NCBI GenBank assembly: GCA_032718475.1
Contig: JAUCBJ010000710.1
Location: 1 to 38,451, forward strand
Reading direction: 5' to 3'
Source: Nemertoderma westbladi
Taxonomy: Eukaryota > Animalia > Xenacoelomorpha
Length of the DNA: 38,451 nucleotides
Every line of letters starts with the position of its first letter. Position 1 is the stretch's first letter. The position numbers and the translations under genes were made by a program. Shown here one piece after another: positions 12,501-23,459 of this stretch. A model generated the notes under the pieces. It made no database searches and was not told the origin of the DNA. It saw only the letters and a program-made list of their open reading frames with translations.

Positions 12501-13151
12501 GGAAAATCGTCACTGTTTTCTGTTTTACTCCGCCTTGTTGAATCACAAGGAAGTATCTGTATAGATGATGTCGACATAACCAAAATAGGATTACAAGATT
12601 TACGAAGGTCTGTTGCAGTTATTCCGCAAGATCCTGTTCTGTTTGAAGGAACTTTAGGCTACAATTTAGACCCTTTTAATGAGTACACCAGAGACGCCGT
12701 CAGAGCTGCATTGGATAATGTTCAACTAAAACTACCATTAGAGGCAAAGGTAAATGGTAAATCAGGTTATGGATCAATAACAAACCCTTATGATGAAACA
12801 ATCAATATCTTAGAATTTGAAGTTGAAAGTCGTGGTGATAATTTGAGTGTTGGGGAGAAGCAATTAGTTTGTTTGGCTAGAGCGATGCTAAGAGACAATC
12901 GTGTTATTCTAATTGATGAAGCAACCTCGTCAATTGATCAGTTTACAGAAGAACTTATTCAAAAAGCTATCACTGAGAATTTAATCAACTCAACTGTATT
13001 AACAATAGCCCATCGTATTAATACTATCCTAAACAGTGATAGAGTATTAGTTATGAATGAAGGAGATATTGCGGAGTTTAATGATCCAAAAATTTTACTA
13101 AATGATCCAAACAGCTTGTTATATTCATTTTCGAATACAAATACAAAATAA
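9513..13151 (+). CDS. ABCC4/MRP4-like ABC transporter, exon 2 (TMD1-NBD1-TMD2-NBD2)
   Basis: Uninterrupted 1212-codon frame. NBD1: GSFGSGKT, LSGGQ, IYLMDD, TTH. NBD2: GRTGAGKS, PQDP, LSVGEKQ, ILIDE, IAHR. ABCC hallmarks IKAVKAYAWE and PVGGILNRFSKD. No TMD0. AATAAA overlaps the stop. Orthology to ABCC4 is not established. Confidence 0.95.
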   Translation, partial: ADKDGSSERLDKLNIVATLTRVYYKEFLLCAFLHVFHYTILLVRVIFLERLILYYLKVDTNTSRDRELLDCGIIAIASVMSAIAMTNYSFYFTLLCTKMRVGCSALIYRKLLTLNTMEIQETTIGLYTNLLSSDVGRFDDFAYVGTYIIATPVVIILSFPLMYYYVELSGIFGIFIVILIIPLSMTLAKIFSIQRSRAQLLTDRRITLLSEILGGIKAVKAYAWEELFVKVLENARNKEFSRICKIIYSYSFYKLFNFVYITIVLFCIYVLHTSLGYQFDMIMLISSTIILGILTSSVIAFAVALREIGELHAVTQRIDKLVSFTCNLNRVAECNNESQQSKKAHLSEIYLNATNISTRWSTTNGNVIRDVSFKANFGEIVYVIGSFGSGKTTLLQALLGEVPLETGYINMSGKLAYVSQTPFIFSGTVRENILLGHYFEAGWYEEVIDMCCLTLDFLLFTEGDNTLVGEKGMSLSGGQKARIALARAVYSRANIYLMDDPIAAVDTTIAKKLCDGCIRHCQSKGIVIMTTHLLKMIPQNSKIVSFYDNDVFSTLNLNQKDNLSASKSAENHSEMDMILSPDASLKINNRVDAMIENVSADNGSWKAFQIYIKAGITIPRGFAFVSTIILTYILVSLTDYWLATLALKSSLKGSPSYQNQNNNVSDQNIIIQFISGSKWSNIVLVYIALVLTYLICYTLNLFANYTILLASSQNLHCRILKRVLSAPMKFFEENPVGGILNRFSKDLGIMDNLLPDLSADVINSLCRALLVLIFSGMANPWTLLVGLPILAIVIWLRIYTVRSLKQVKFLEGMLRNPVYQHTSDTIEGRVVIRAFNVQDVYTKRFFEHLDNHTEAWFMINALYSFLTLCVTIIYTIFTIFVLVVSLYMDEFVSRQVLCVSIMYIFSLTNYLRFLLKAAAIVEINFTSVERFLQYSELEQEDARHHAEMELPMYWPNSGVVSFKNVKLSYGGNEVLHGINFVTKPFEKIGIVGRTGAGKSSLFSVLLRLVESQGSICIDDVDITKIGLQDLRRSVAVIPQDPVLFEGTLGYNLDPFNEYTRDAVRAALDNVQLKLPLEAKVNGKSGYGSITNPYDETINILEFEVESRGDNLSVGEKQLVCLARAMLRDNRVILIDEATSSIDQFTEELIQKAITENLINSTVLTIAHRINTILNSDRVLVMNEGDIAEFNDPKILLNDPNSLLYSFSNTNTK

Positions 13152-14079
13152 ACATCTAAAAACGGTGTAGAAAAATGATAGAGATCTGAACCAACGCATT
13201 GTTTTAATTGATACACCATATTGAAGTGTTGTCTGCAACAAGGTATCCGGTGCCGGTCTGCGGGGGTCTGACCTTCCTGATCGGTACTGATCCCTTGCCT
13301 CTGAGCTCCAACATATCCTTCTGGTGCTTTGGTGGTAGGCCCGATGATATTTGTGTGGTGGCGGAATTAACTTTGTTATTTTTGGTGCACATCTTTTTAA
13401 TTTATGATTTAAGATTATTATATTATATTTGCTACGCCATTCATTGTCTATTAATGATTTAGTTTACTGTATAACTTATTCTAACAATACTGATGGCTTA
13501 TTTAGTACCGTAATTATGAAATTTAATATCGCAATGATTGTTTTTTTTATGCATATTACAAAACAGTTTACTTTATTATTAAGCTATTGTATGTAGGCCT
13601 TCACCTCGCGTCAGACAAAGGTGTTAATATAAACAATGGTAAATTTATATATTCAGTAGATAAATGGGGCTCTATAGTAATAATAATAATAATACTGATG
13701 AACTATTTTATTTAGTATTGCCGGATGCCATTGTCTTTATGTACCAGTAATTGAACAACAAATTATACATGATTATATATAATATAATATGAAATATAAC
13801 AGTATGGGAAAACGTGTTATGAAATCGAAACACAACCATATTTTTAACAATTTAAATATTTTTGCCCTGGTTCTACCCCCTTTTCGGAGACTAAAATGTA
13901 ATATATTTTCTTATAGCATATAGCTTAGTTTTTGTGTATTTACTAACGGTTACCTTTAGTGCATTGCGATGAGGTTTAGGTTAGGGGTGTGATAAACACC
14001 TGTGTTGTGCATGTTATCATTTTCGTTTTTATTTAGATGTGTTGTGCTCTTATTTTGTTTATGTTTAATGAATTGGTAT

Positions 14080-14787
14080 GAAAAAGGTATTTGGGATTTG
14101 GGAAAAAGGTATTTGGGATTTGGGAAAAAGGTATTTGGGATTTGGGAATAAGGTATTTGGGATTTGGGAAAAAGGTATTTGGGATTTGTGAATAAGGTAT
14201 TTGGGATTTGGGAATAAGGTATTTGGGATTTGGGAAAAAGGTATTTGGTATTTGGGAAAAAGGTATTTGGGATTTGGGAATAAGGTATTTGGGATTTGGG
14301 AATAAGGTATTTGGGAATAAGGTATTTGGTAATAAGGTATTTTGGACTTGGGAATAAGGTATTTGGGAATAAGGTATTTGGGATTTGGGATTTGGAAATA
14401 AGGTATTTGGGAATAAGGTATTTGGGATTTGGGAATAAGTTTTTTAGGATTTGGGATTAAGGTATTTGGGATTTGGGAAAAAGGTATTTGGTATTTGGGA
14501 AAAAGGTATTTGGGATTTGGGAATAAGGTATTTGGGATTTGGGAATAAGGTATTTGGGATTTGGGAATAAGGTATTTGGGATTTGGGAATAAGGTATTTG
14601 AGATTTGGGAATAAGGTATTTGGGATTTGGGAATAAGGTATTTGGGATTTGGGAATACGGTATTTGGGATTTGGGAATAAGGTATTTGGGATTTGGGAAT
14701 AAGGTATTTGAGATTTGGGAATAAGGTATTTGGGATTAAAGTATTTGGGATTTGGGAATAAGGTATTTGGGATTGTTTATTAAACCG
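14080..14787. repeat. 22-bp G-rich minisatellite (AAGGTATTTGGGATTTGGGAAT)n, about 31 copies
   Basis: Read directly, with some 15-bp variants. The array ends ...TTGTTTATTAAACCG. Confidence 0.95.
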
Positions 14788-16491
14788 TGCTTAGCACGAT
14801 TAAGTGGAGCTCTAACAATTCCCCCTAGCGGTTGACAAAGGAACTGTAAAAGTCTGTCTGTGTGTAGAATTTCTAATTTTGCAATTCACGTAGGTTATAT
14901 TGCAGCACCAAAATTACAAGTAGTGCACAATTTTCACAAAATTTGGAAGTTTTAATCTATATTTTGAAGTATTTTTAAATATTGCAACCCCACTTCAAAT
15001 ATTGAATTTTGAGCCAGATATGATGCCATAACAGGCTGGCTTCCTTTGGTTGAAACTCAAGGCATTCCTTATTTTTCCGTTACTATTAGTGCTATATGGT
15101 AGCCCATCATGGCTGTCACACAAATTCATATAGAAATATTTTTTTCTTCTCCGTAGCCCATGACTGCCACTTGTTTGCAAAATAGGTGAAGTGACCCATG
15201 GCTGCCATTTCTTAATGGGAGAAAGGGGGGACAACTGGACGCAAATTCCAACTTGGCGAATAAATATCCCGCCTCAAATGTTCAATTCCCAATTTAGGGA
15301 AAGGAGCAGGTTACAGTGGTACGTTATTTTAATCAAAACAATAAACTAAACACAATAGAACAGCAGGGCTCCCACTGGTGCTCAAAGAAAATAAAAACAC
15401 AGAGAGGTCAAAATAACGCAGCGTATTTTAAGAGAGAGATGGTGGGGGGTGGTGTTCGGGCCCCGTATTTTGAAAATTTTCAAATTTTTTATGATCATAT
15501 CCTGTGTCACATATTTTCAATTGTTTAAGGCCATTTCATTAGAAAGGCTCCCAAAGATAAAGAAATATATAAATAAAATTGCTAAAAAACGTTTTATTAG
15601 GTATATTTTGGAATGATGAAAAATTTCGTTCAATTACAATCATTTTTGACAAAGTTTAAAGTTATTGTCGAAAGATGAAAGATCCTATTATCTGTATTTT
15701 TCCTTCAACTCTAAACCCATTTATCTCAGAATCTATTTCTAATTCTTGAACAATTCTGACTGAAATCAGTTGAAATTTGGAACGGAGAGGATCTAGGGCT
15801 GTCGAGTAATTTTAGTTAAAAATGCATTGAAGCCATTTTAGAGTGAAAGGGCCCGAAACAGCGCTTTTTGAGCATTCTTGTGTATAAATTGGCCGAATCT
15901 CAATTTCAGCCAACAGTGCTTGATGGCACTGGGTGTATAACAATGATTTGAACTGATTCATCAAAAATTTAACACTGAATAAAACATATATTGAAAATAT
16001 ATGTTCGTATATATATGTGTATTCGTATATATATATTTGTATATATATATAATATATGTTCGATAAGGTACAGTATTTTGTATAGCCTTTGCTTTGGGAC
16101 AATAAATAATTACAAACGTTATTAGTAACTACTGTAAATTAAATTTTAGTTACTCCTCCTCACTAAGCACCATAATAAAAGCGAAATATTACATTATTCA
16201 GCAAATGCATTGTTATAGGTTGAGGGGAGGGGGTAGTTGTGCATCGATTCGACACCTGTAAGGCCTAGTTTTTTTGAAATTGTAATGTTTTTAATTATAA
16301 AATTAAATAAATCCTGGTTTTCTAATAATTTGGAGTGAGAGAGGTGGGGTGGGTTGGGTGTGTACAAATCCAAGGTCTCTTCTTAAAGTAAATTCTCAAA
16401 CGGAATTATTTTTGAGAGTAATCATCTGTTATTTGAATCCAATTCCCCTGGAGAGGGATAAATATTTATTGCGTCCAGTCCCCCACCCCCC

Positions 16492-16530
<39 letters not shown>

Positions 16531-18427
16531 ACCCCCAAGACCTTGCCACTCTCTCTGTATAAATACAGTATAATGCATATAAATACATATCTCAAATAAT
16601 AATTATGTCACGTCATCCCTCAATGAAAAAAAATTTTGAACTTCCTCACCATAACTCGAAATTTCATTTCATCGAGGGGAATGGACGACCCCCGCCTGAA
16701 GTCCAAGGTTTCGGTTGTAAATATCAAAATTATGCATTAATCAATTAAATGTTAATTATTAAATAATAAATGCCATCTCGAGATGCCTGCCCATTATCCC
16801 CCAAATGATTATTTAACATTGAGACGAGATAGTACATAATTCACCGAGATGGGATTTTTTGCATTAAGTTCCCCCTGTCTCTATTAAATTAATAGAACTG
16901 CTGTACAGGAATACACCTAGTCACCATCAAGTCACCCATCTACAAAATGAAACAATATCTGGCGTCATCAGTTAATTAAATTTATAATTACTAACTACAG
17001 TATAGTGTAGGTACTAATAAAAAGTTGTACTATAGTATAACAGCGATAGAGCGGGTGGGTTGAGGGGGGTGGTGTTCGTTAGTCCGTAAAGTTGGATATT
17101 TTATAAGTTTTTACTGTAGCAGTGTTAGAGCGAGGGAGAGGTTCACCTCTCCATTGAATCATAGACTTACCTTTTGGTGTTTGAAATACCTGATGCAATG
17201 TTATCGGTGGGTCTGTAACTTATTGCAGCAAATACAGTAAGTATTGAGAGTTGCTATGCAGCCATTCTGAAATAGAAACATAATTCGTTTGTTATCCAAG
17301 TTCAGTAGGTCTAATTATAATTAATAAATTATTGACACACGTTAAAGTTGCTATACATTATGAGTTAGTGGATTGATTTTACTCAAATTACGTGAACACT
17401 GCACTTTTGAACATCTTTTCTACATCGATAACTCTTTCGAGAAGCAATACTGCCACCATCCTGAAATAAAAACATAATTCAATGCTATTTGTTTAACAAA
17501 AAATAGTATTTATTTACCAAATGGAGTGAGCAGTGAGGATAAGTGACTTTTCTACTTCGATGCTATTTCAACAAATGTATGGTATTCAATCAAATTTAAG
17601 AAATTGCAGCAAAATATTTTATTTTACTTTTTTTCACCGGGAAAAAAAATCGATAAAATCCTATGGGTCTAATTTCCCCGAGGGAAAAGTGATCCTTTTT
17701 CTTGATTTTGAGGTATATTCGAGCGAAAAAGTAACAATGTAAAAATAAAACTTGTGGTTCGATAACATTTTACAGTATATTAGAAGATCGATTATTTGCT
17801 TTGCAAATATAAAATGCTTTTTTTTCTTTATTGGGAAAGAAGTAAAACTTTTTCTTTATTCTCGTGTTTTATATAGGATATCGACATAAATAGTAATAGT
17901 AAATACAAGTAAATACAGTAGCAAAAAGTTTCAATCAATCAATCAATTGAGCTTATAGATGAGCTCGTATATATGTTTCTTTATAACATATAATATCACG
18001 AGTACAGTATACAGTAGGCCTATCATTAAATTATCGTATGAACAATTATTTGCAATTTGTGAGTGTGTAGCCTATATGTGTATTTATTTAATTAGCCAAA
18101 GAAAGCAGTAGCATAGCTACAGTAGTGTTGCTTTTTTTGGTCTAAAAGAAAAAAAAATCATGGCATTCTAGTTTGATACCATCCAAAAGATAAACTCCGG
18201 TATAATTAGTTTATTTCAGTCAGGTTGTTTTAACAATCGAGGTTACCGCAAGTGATAATTTGTGCAAACGATGATGACTTTATCACTTTATTCCCATTCC
18301 CAAGTAATGTCAAGTCGGATGAGATGACAAGCCAAAGTGATGTCAAGTGAAGATATGATAAGCCAGCAATAAGTGATGTCAAGTGATTTATGGGTGCATT
18401 GTTTTTTTCAGTATAATTTAGTTTTAA

Positions 18428-18573
18428 GGGGTACGTTTTAACTACAAAAACGTACCCTGGCCTCAGTGAAAACGTACCCAATATCTGGGTACGTTATTGT
18501 TCGGGTACGTTTTAACCTGGGTACGTTTTAACCTGGGTACGTTTTAACCAGGGTACGTTTTAACCTGTAACCG
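18428..18573. repeat. 16-bp repeat (GGGTACGTTTTAACCT)n with inverted copies, ending ...TGTAACCG
   Basis: Direct copies at 18486-18566 and inverted AAAACGTACCC copies near 18447-18480. Confidence 0.85.
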
Positions 18574-18706
18574 ACTGACTACTGCAGTCGGGGAGAAGTT
18601 CAAATTTAAACTGAGTTGGAATTTAAAACTGTTTTTTTGTAATTCTACTTTTAAGTTCAGCAGTTCTGAAGTTATATTACGTTATTAGTTACTGGAAGGA
18701 AAGTAT

Positions 18707-19566
18707 TATGGGGCGCCGTTTGGGCCAAAAATAAAAAAAACATATTATATTAAAAAGTTATAATGGTATGTTTTTTATCTTGCCGTTTGGGCCAAAAGTT
18801 GTAATGGTATGTTTTTTTATCTTGCCGTTTGGGCCAAAAATAGCTGAGAGGGAAATTTGAATTATCACTTTCTATATACTGTATTTAGCAATTGCAATTA
18901 TCATCATACCTGTGAGCCTGTCTGCCTATACATGATTGTGGATTGTATTTACACACGGTGTACCGTATCGCTGTAGGAGTGGACTTTAGGCTTACCTCCC
19001 GCTGTATGGCTGTATGGGCCTTGGCCTACCAGTACTCATATACTGTCACTGGGTAATGCGTTAGGCTGTTAGGTACAAATCAGTATACTTTAGGCCCTGT
19101 AGCATTACACCTTGTGCTTGTGATAGGCCTACATCTTGTGGTCCACAATACTGCAATACTGAGGCATTAATGTCAGAATGTCATTTTTACCTAACAGCCT
19201 AACGCTACATTACAGCATTACCCAGTGACAGTATATGAGTACCGGTAGGCCAAGGCCCATACAGCGGGAGGTAAGCAAAGTCCACTCCTACAGCGATACG
19301 GTACCGTGCTGCCTTGTGTAAATACAATCCACAATCATGTATAGGCAGACAGGCTCACAGGTATGATGATAATTGCAATTGCTATAAATACAGTATATAG
19401 AAAGTGATAATTCAAATTTCCCTCTCAGCTATTTTTGGCCCAAACGGCAAGATAAAAAAACATACCATTACAACTTTTGGCCCAAACGGCAAGATAAAAA
19501 AACATACCATTATAACTTTTTAATATAATATGTTTTTTTTATTTTTGGCCCAAACGGCGCCCCATA
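18707..19566. mobile_element. Foldback MITE, IS3EU-like
   Basis: About 370-bp near-identical inverted arms and a ~110-bp spacer. Termini TATGGGGCGCC...GGCGCCCCATA. 6-bp TSD AAGTAT at 18701-18706 and 19567-19572. TAY..RTA ends with a 6-bp TSD are the IS3EU signature as I recall it. Confidence 0.85.
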
Positions 19567-19572
19567 AAGTAT

Positions 19573-21420
19573 CTACCCAAATATCGAACTTTATGAACGC
19601 GTCGCAGCGCTGCTGTTAGAATCAAGTCTAACTGTCTAACCCAGTTACAACACGAGCCTACCCGTGGCTCGAGTAATCTAGATTTGGTTTTCACTAGCGA
19701 TGAACTATTTGTCGCAAACGTGCGCACATTCGAACCGTTTTCCATCAGTGACCACGCTGGAGTTTCGTTCAACATTCTGGCCCCAGCCCACAATCAGAGT
19801 CATGACAAACCGGTTGGCTACTTCGACTTCAATAAGGGTGATTACGATGTACGGAACACCCCTGCTAACCAGACACGTTACACGCTATTATACCAAACGT
19901 TTGTTTATATGCTTGAATCATGTTGACATGTTTTTTTTCTAAACTTGTTTTAATCAACATGTTATTTTAACATCTAAATAACATAATATTCAATCATGTT
20001 ATAATCAAACATTTGTTGATCACGTTTTTATGATACCTAAATGTAACATGTTTTATCATGTAATTATTTAACATTTGTTTTACACGTTATTGTGTAACAT
20101 AAATCATACATGTTTATTCCAGCTGTTTGTTAAATGCTACTTTGTCGTGTTGAACAAACGTCCTGCACATCATTGCCAATCTGTCTTAAGGCTGTTTGAA
20201 TAAACCGCCTAAAATTTACCGCCAAATTCGTTTATAGGCCTATAAATCAGTAAATCATGCAGCAGTCTGGCAGTGCATGCAGTACTGCAGTACATCAGTC
20301 AGTCAGTAGACACTCCACTGCCTGCCCCAGCCTACCAGCACCCACTCAGCCACATTCTGAGAGCTTGACAGTAGTGCTGCAGTGTAGGCCAGCTGTTTAC
20401 TGGTTTAAGTGCTGCAATAGGGTTGACCATACCAGCATACTGTACTGGCTACTACTACCTTGTGCTTAATAATATTCATGTTTTACACATAAATTATCTT
20501 AATTCGAACAATTGCATACCATGAGAACAATCCGGTGGTCGAATCAATGGATGACCAAATTAGTGTAGAGAATAACGATTTACAACGTTTAAAACAAACG
20601 TTTTCTTTGCATTAAAAAAACGTATATTTCCAAGCAATGCTACACATGCTAGACACACGTTTAATTCAAACGTCATAAAGAACCGGCGATTGGGTAACGT
20701 TTGTTTCATGCTATTTACACGTTTACTTCTAAACGTTTATTACATGCCACCCGCTTGGACAAAATAACATGAAAATGATCTATTTCTGGACGTGTCGCAA
20801 ACGTTTTTTCAAACGTTTGCCATGTTCAATAAAAATGTGATATAAACGTTAAAATAACATGCAATTGTTATCAGGGACTAACTGGAATGACCGGTTTCAG
20901 TTTTGTAATACAGTTAATGACTATTACTTAAATTTTAGTGATAAGGGATTAACCTGTTTGTACCGTTCAGAACACCAAAAAATACTAGTAAAAAAAGTTA
21001 TCCAATTTATGTAAAACGTCTACAACGTGTCAAAAAGCTGCTGTGGAGACACCGCCACACAGCATCTGGTATGCGAGAATATAAGAATGCGGCGCAAGCC
21101 GCCTCTAAAGCGGCCTACCGGGCAACCTGCGAGAAAGAAACCAATATATTGAATTCTGGTGACAGAATCACATATTTAAGTACCTAAACTCGAAACGCAA
21201 AAACTTATCTGGTGTTGGTCCGTTGAATTACAAGGCAGCAAGGGCGACACGATTGTAGACAATAAAATTAAAGCCAAAATTCAAAGTGAAGTTCTCTCCG
21301 AAAACTTCACTGAAGATAATAACTCGGTTCCAATCTTTACACGTAAAGTTGGTAACAATGTTAATTTGTCTAGTGTTGGTTTCAGCCCAGTTAATGTTTT
21401 AGTTATGCTAAATAAGCTTG
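19573..21420 (+). pseudogene. Decayed CR1-type ORF2 (endonuclease C-terminus and linker), split by a CACTA-like insert
   Basis: LTQLQHEPTRGSSNLDLVFTS..SDHAGVSF..DFNKGDYDVRNT reads on after 20876 as NWNDRFQFCNTVND, LFVP, KKLLWR, FKYLNSKRK and VGFSPVNVLVMLNKL. Confidence 0.85.
19860..20876. mobile_element. Non-autonomous EnSpm/CACTA-like element
   Basis: Termini CCCTGCTAAC...GTTATCAGGG and 2-bp TSD AC. Many subterminal AAACGTTT/AACATGTT motifs. Removing it restores the CR1 frame. Confidence 0.8.
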
Positions 21421-21474
21421 TTCGCGCTTTCAGACCTTTAGCAGTTTAACCTGCCAATTTTAGGTGTCCTCTTG

Positions 21475-22150
21475 GGGGCCGTCCAAGTATGACGTCTGCA
21501 CTTTTCCTCAAAATTTTGACCCCCTCCCTCCCCTAAATCAGATGTCATCAGATAGACGTTGACCCCCCCCCCCCCCCTAAATCAGATTAAAAAAAAATTT
21601 GTAATAAACTATTATCAGCAGGATAAAGGTATTATATTGCATTGGAGGGGGGGGTGCACGGGGGGGGGCAGGGTGGCTGTAGTTACATAGCTTATCTATA
21701 TAGGAAGGTATAGAGTTGTAGTAGGATAGCCTATCGTTTACATACTTCTACCTGATGCGACAGCAGTTTATGAATGATAATAAACAAACAAGCTAATAAT
21801 AGGCCTAAATGAACCAGTACTGCAGTCTTTAACAATCATTAGCTTAGGATTAATGTTTCATTTTCAGGCGAACCCCAGTACCTCAGTACCCCAGTAGCAC
21901 GCGTCCTAATCACTGAAAGATGGTGACTGGTAACTGAAACAGAAGGTCGTGCTAAGGGCCTTCGGGGGCTTCGAACAATTAAAATAGGCAAGCTATTTAC
22001 TCTTCTGCTATATCTCTTCTGGCGCCTATAAATGAACATGCTGACGTCAGATTTTGGCTGACCCCCTCCCCTCCCCTCATCAGCACGTCATCAGATTTTC
22101 CCAACCCCCCTCCCCCCCCTAAAGTGCTGACGTCATACTTGGACGGCCCC
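21475..22150. mobile_element. MITE, Zator-like (Harbinger not excluded)
   Basis: TIR GGGGCCGTCCAAGTATGACGTC(T/A)GCACTTT. 3-bp TSD TTG at 21472-21474 and 22151-22153. Confidence 0.85.
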
Positions 22151-22153
22151 TTG

Positions 22154-22588
22154 TTTATAAATCGACTTTAGCCTATAACAAGGATTTAGTGCACATGAAG
22201 TAACATTAGCCGAAGCCAGTCTATGCGCGATCATTCACCAACTGTTAAGGGAGACTGGATTCGGGTGCTTTGAAATTTATTGCGTTGCAGACCTACTGTA
22301 TTATTCGATTGATCGTTACTATATAATCTCTGACAATATTATTCACTTTTGGGGAAATATTAACAGTTCCTTTAGGACGTGGCGCTTTAAGTATATAAAC
22401 AGAGTTATGAGTTATACTAAACGCAACTAGATGGCTACTGATTTTCGTAAATAGCGCATTCTTTAGGAGATGCTTTATTATCTGTCACACTACTGCACAC
22501 GACTTCACAATACTTCACACTGATCTGCCGACCGTCACTGAATTTGATCATATATAAGGAGGATAGCAACTGACACATGTAGGGATTA
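22154..22588 (-). mobile_element. Remnant of a second LTR retrotransposon (partial 5' LTR, PBS, leader)
   Basis: Minus strand shows a TATA-like CTTATATA, an AATAAA about 35 nt before ...CCCTTAACA (22243), a 2-nt spacer, then TGGTGAATG (PBS-like). It is cut off by the BEL LTR at 22589. Confidence 0.5.
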
Positions 22589-23253
22589 TGAAATAGCATT
22601 TAATACACTCAAAAACCACTATAATGTAAGTCGCAATTGCTACAGGTAACCGGTCCCTCTTACCTTCAGTAATCAAGAAGATTGGGGGTTTTATGATTAT
22701 TTATCGGTATTCTCCAAATATAACAACATATCCATCAACATATAACAATTAATAACAGACAGTAAACAGAAGTAAAATAATGCGGTGAAAGTGCCGAGTT
22801 CAGTAGTTGAATTGAGCGAGTGACACGCTGATAATAGATTTACGTTCCTATAATCAAAGCCGTCTAATGTTTGGCCAAAGTCTGAAACTTCCACAGAAGC
22901 ACAGAATAATTTCCAAGCCGATGTTCTGAGGCTCAGAAAGGTAAACAAAAACCGTAATGCATTGCGCGGTTTTCCGTAGGCCTCTGTACAAGATAAAATG
23001 AAAATCGCTCTGATTGGCCGAGCGAGCTGAACAAAGAGATGTTCCACGTTTACAGTAAATCAGCTGACAGATTTCGTCATCTGAGTTCCAGTCTTTTAGA
23101 GTATTAGGCGCATTGCGGCAGAAAATGGCTTGTTATATCCGCTAAAACACCCACACGGTACATTGCGGAGAAAATGGCTTGTTATGTCCGCTAAAACACC
23201 TACACGGTATATTGCGGAGAAAATGACTTGTTATATCCGCAAAAGCTTTTACA
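22589..23253 (-). repeat. 3' LTR of the BEL element (665 bp, TG...CA)
   Basis: Matches 31856-32436. Contains three ~59-bp tandem repeats at about 23111-23243. Confidence 0.9.
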
Positions 23254-23459
23254 CCGCTCCCAGAAAATGGGATTTAATTTTATAAAATATAAAAAATCAC
23301 AGTTTCTAAAATATAAAAATACTCTAAACAGTTAGTCCTTCTTACGCGAACAGCATTTACGCAGTTTTTTGAGGCTAGCAAGAGTCCTTTTCTCTTTGGG
23401 GCGAGCCACTTTACTAGGAGGGCTATAACTCCTGGGTAAAGGGTGCAATACAATTACAT

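Noticed and set aside
14080-14775. Telomeric repeat
   Set aside because: The unit is a 22-bp compound, not TTAGGG/TTAGG, and it is interstitial with a TE-like end.
15226-16490. Short inverted matches (CTGGACGCAA at ~15235/16469; TTCGGGCCC at ~15455/15848)
   Set aside because: Probably old MITE remnants, but too short and without TSDs to define an element.
16349-16573. Poly-proline ORF
   Set aside because: Produced by a C homopolymer at about 16480-16536.
22697-23047. ORF inside the LTR (also 32083-32334)
   Set aside because: Non-ATG start, and the frame differs between the two LTRs because of indels.
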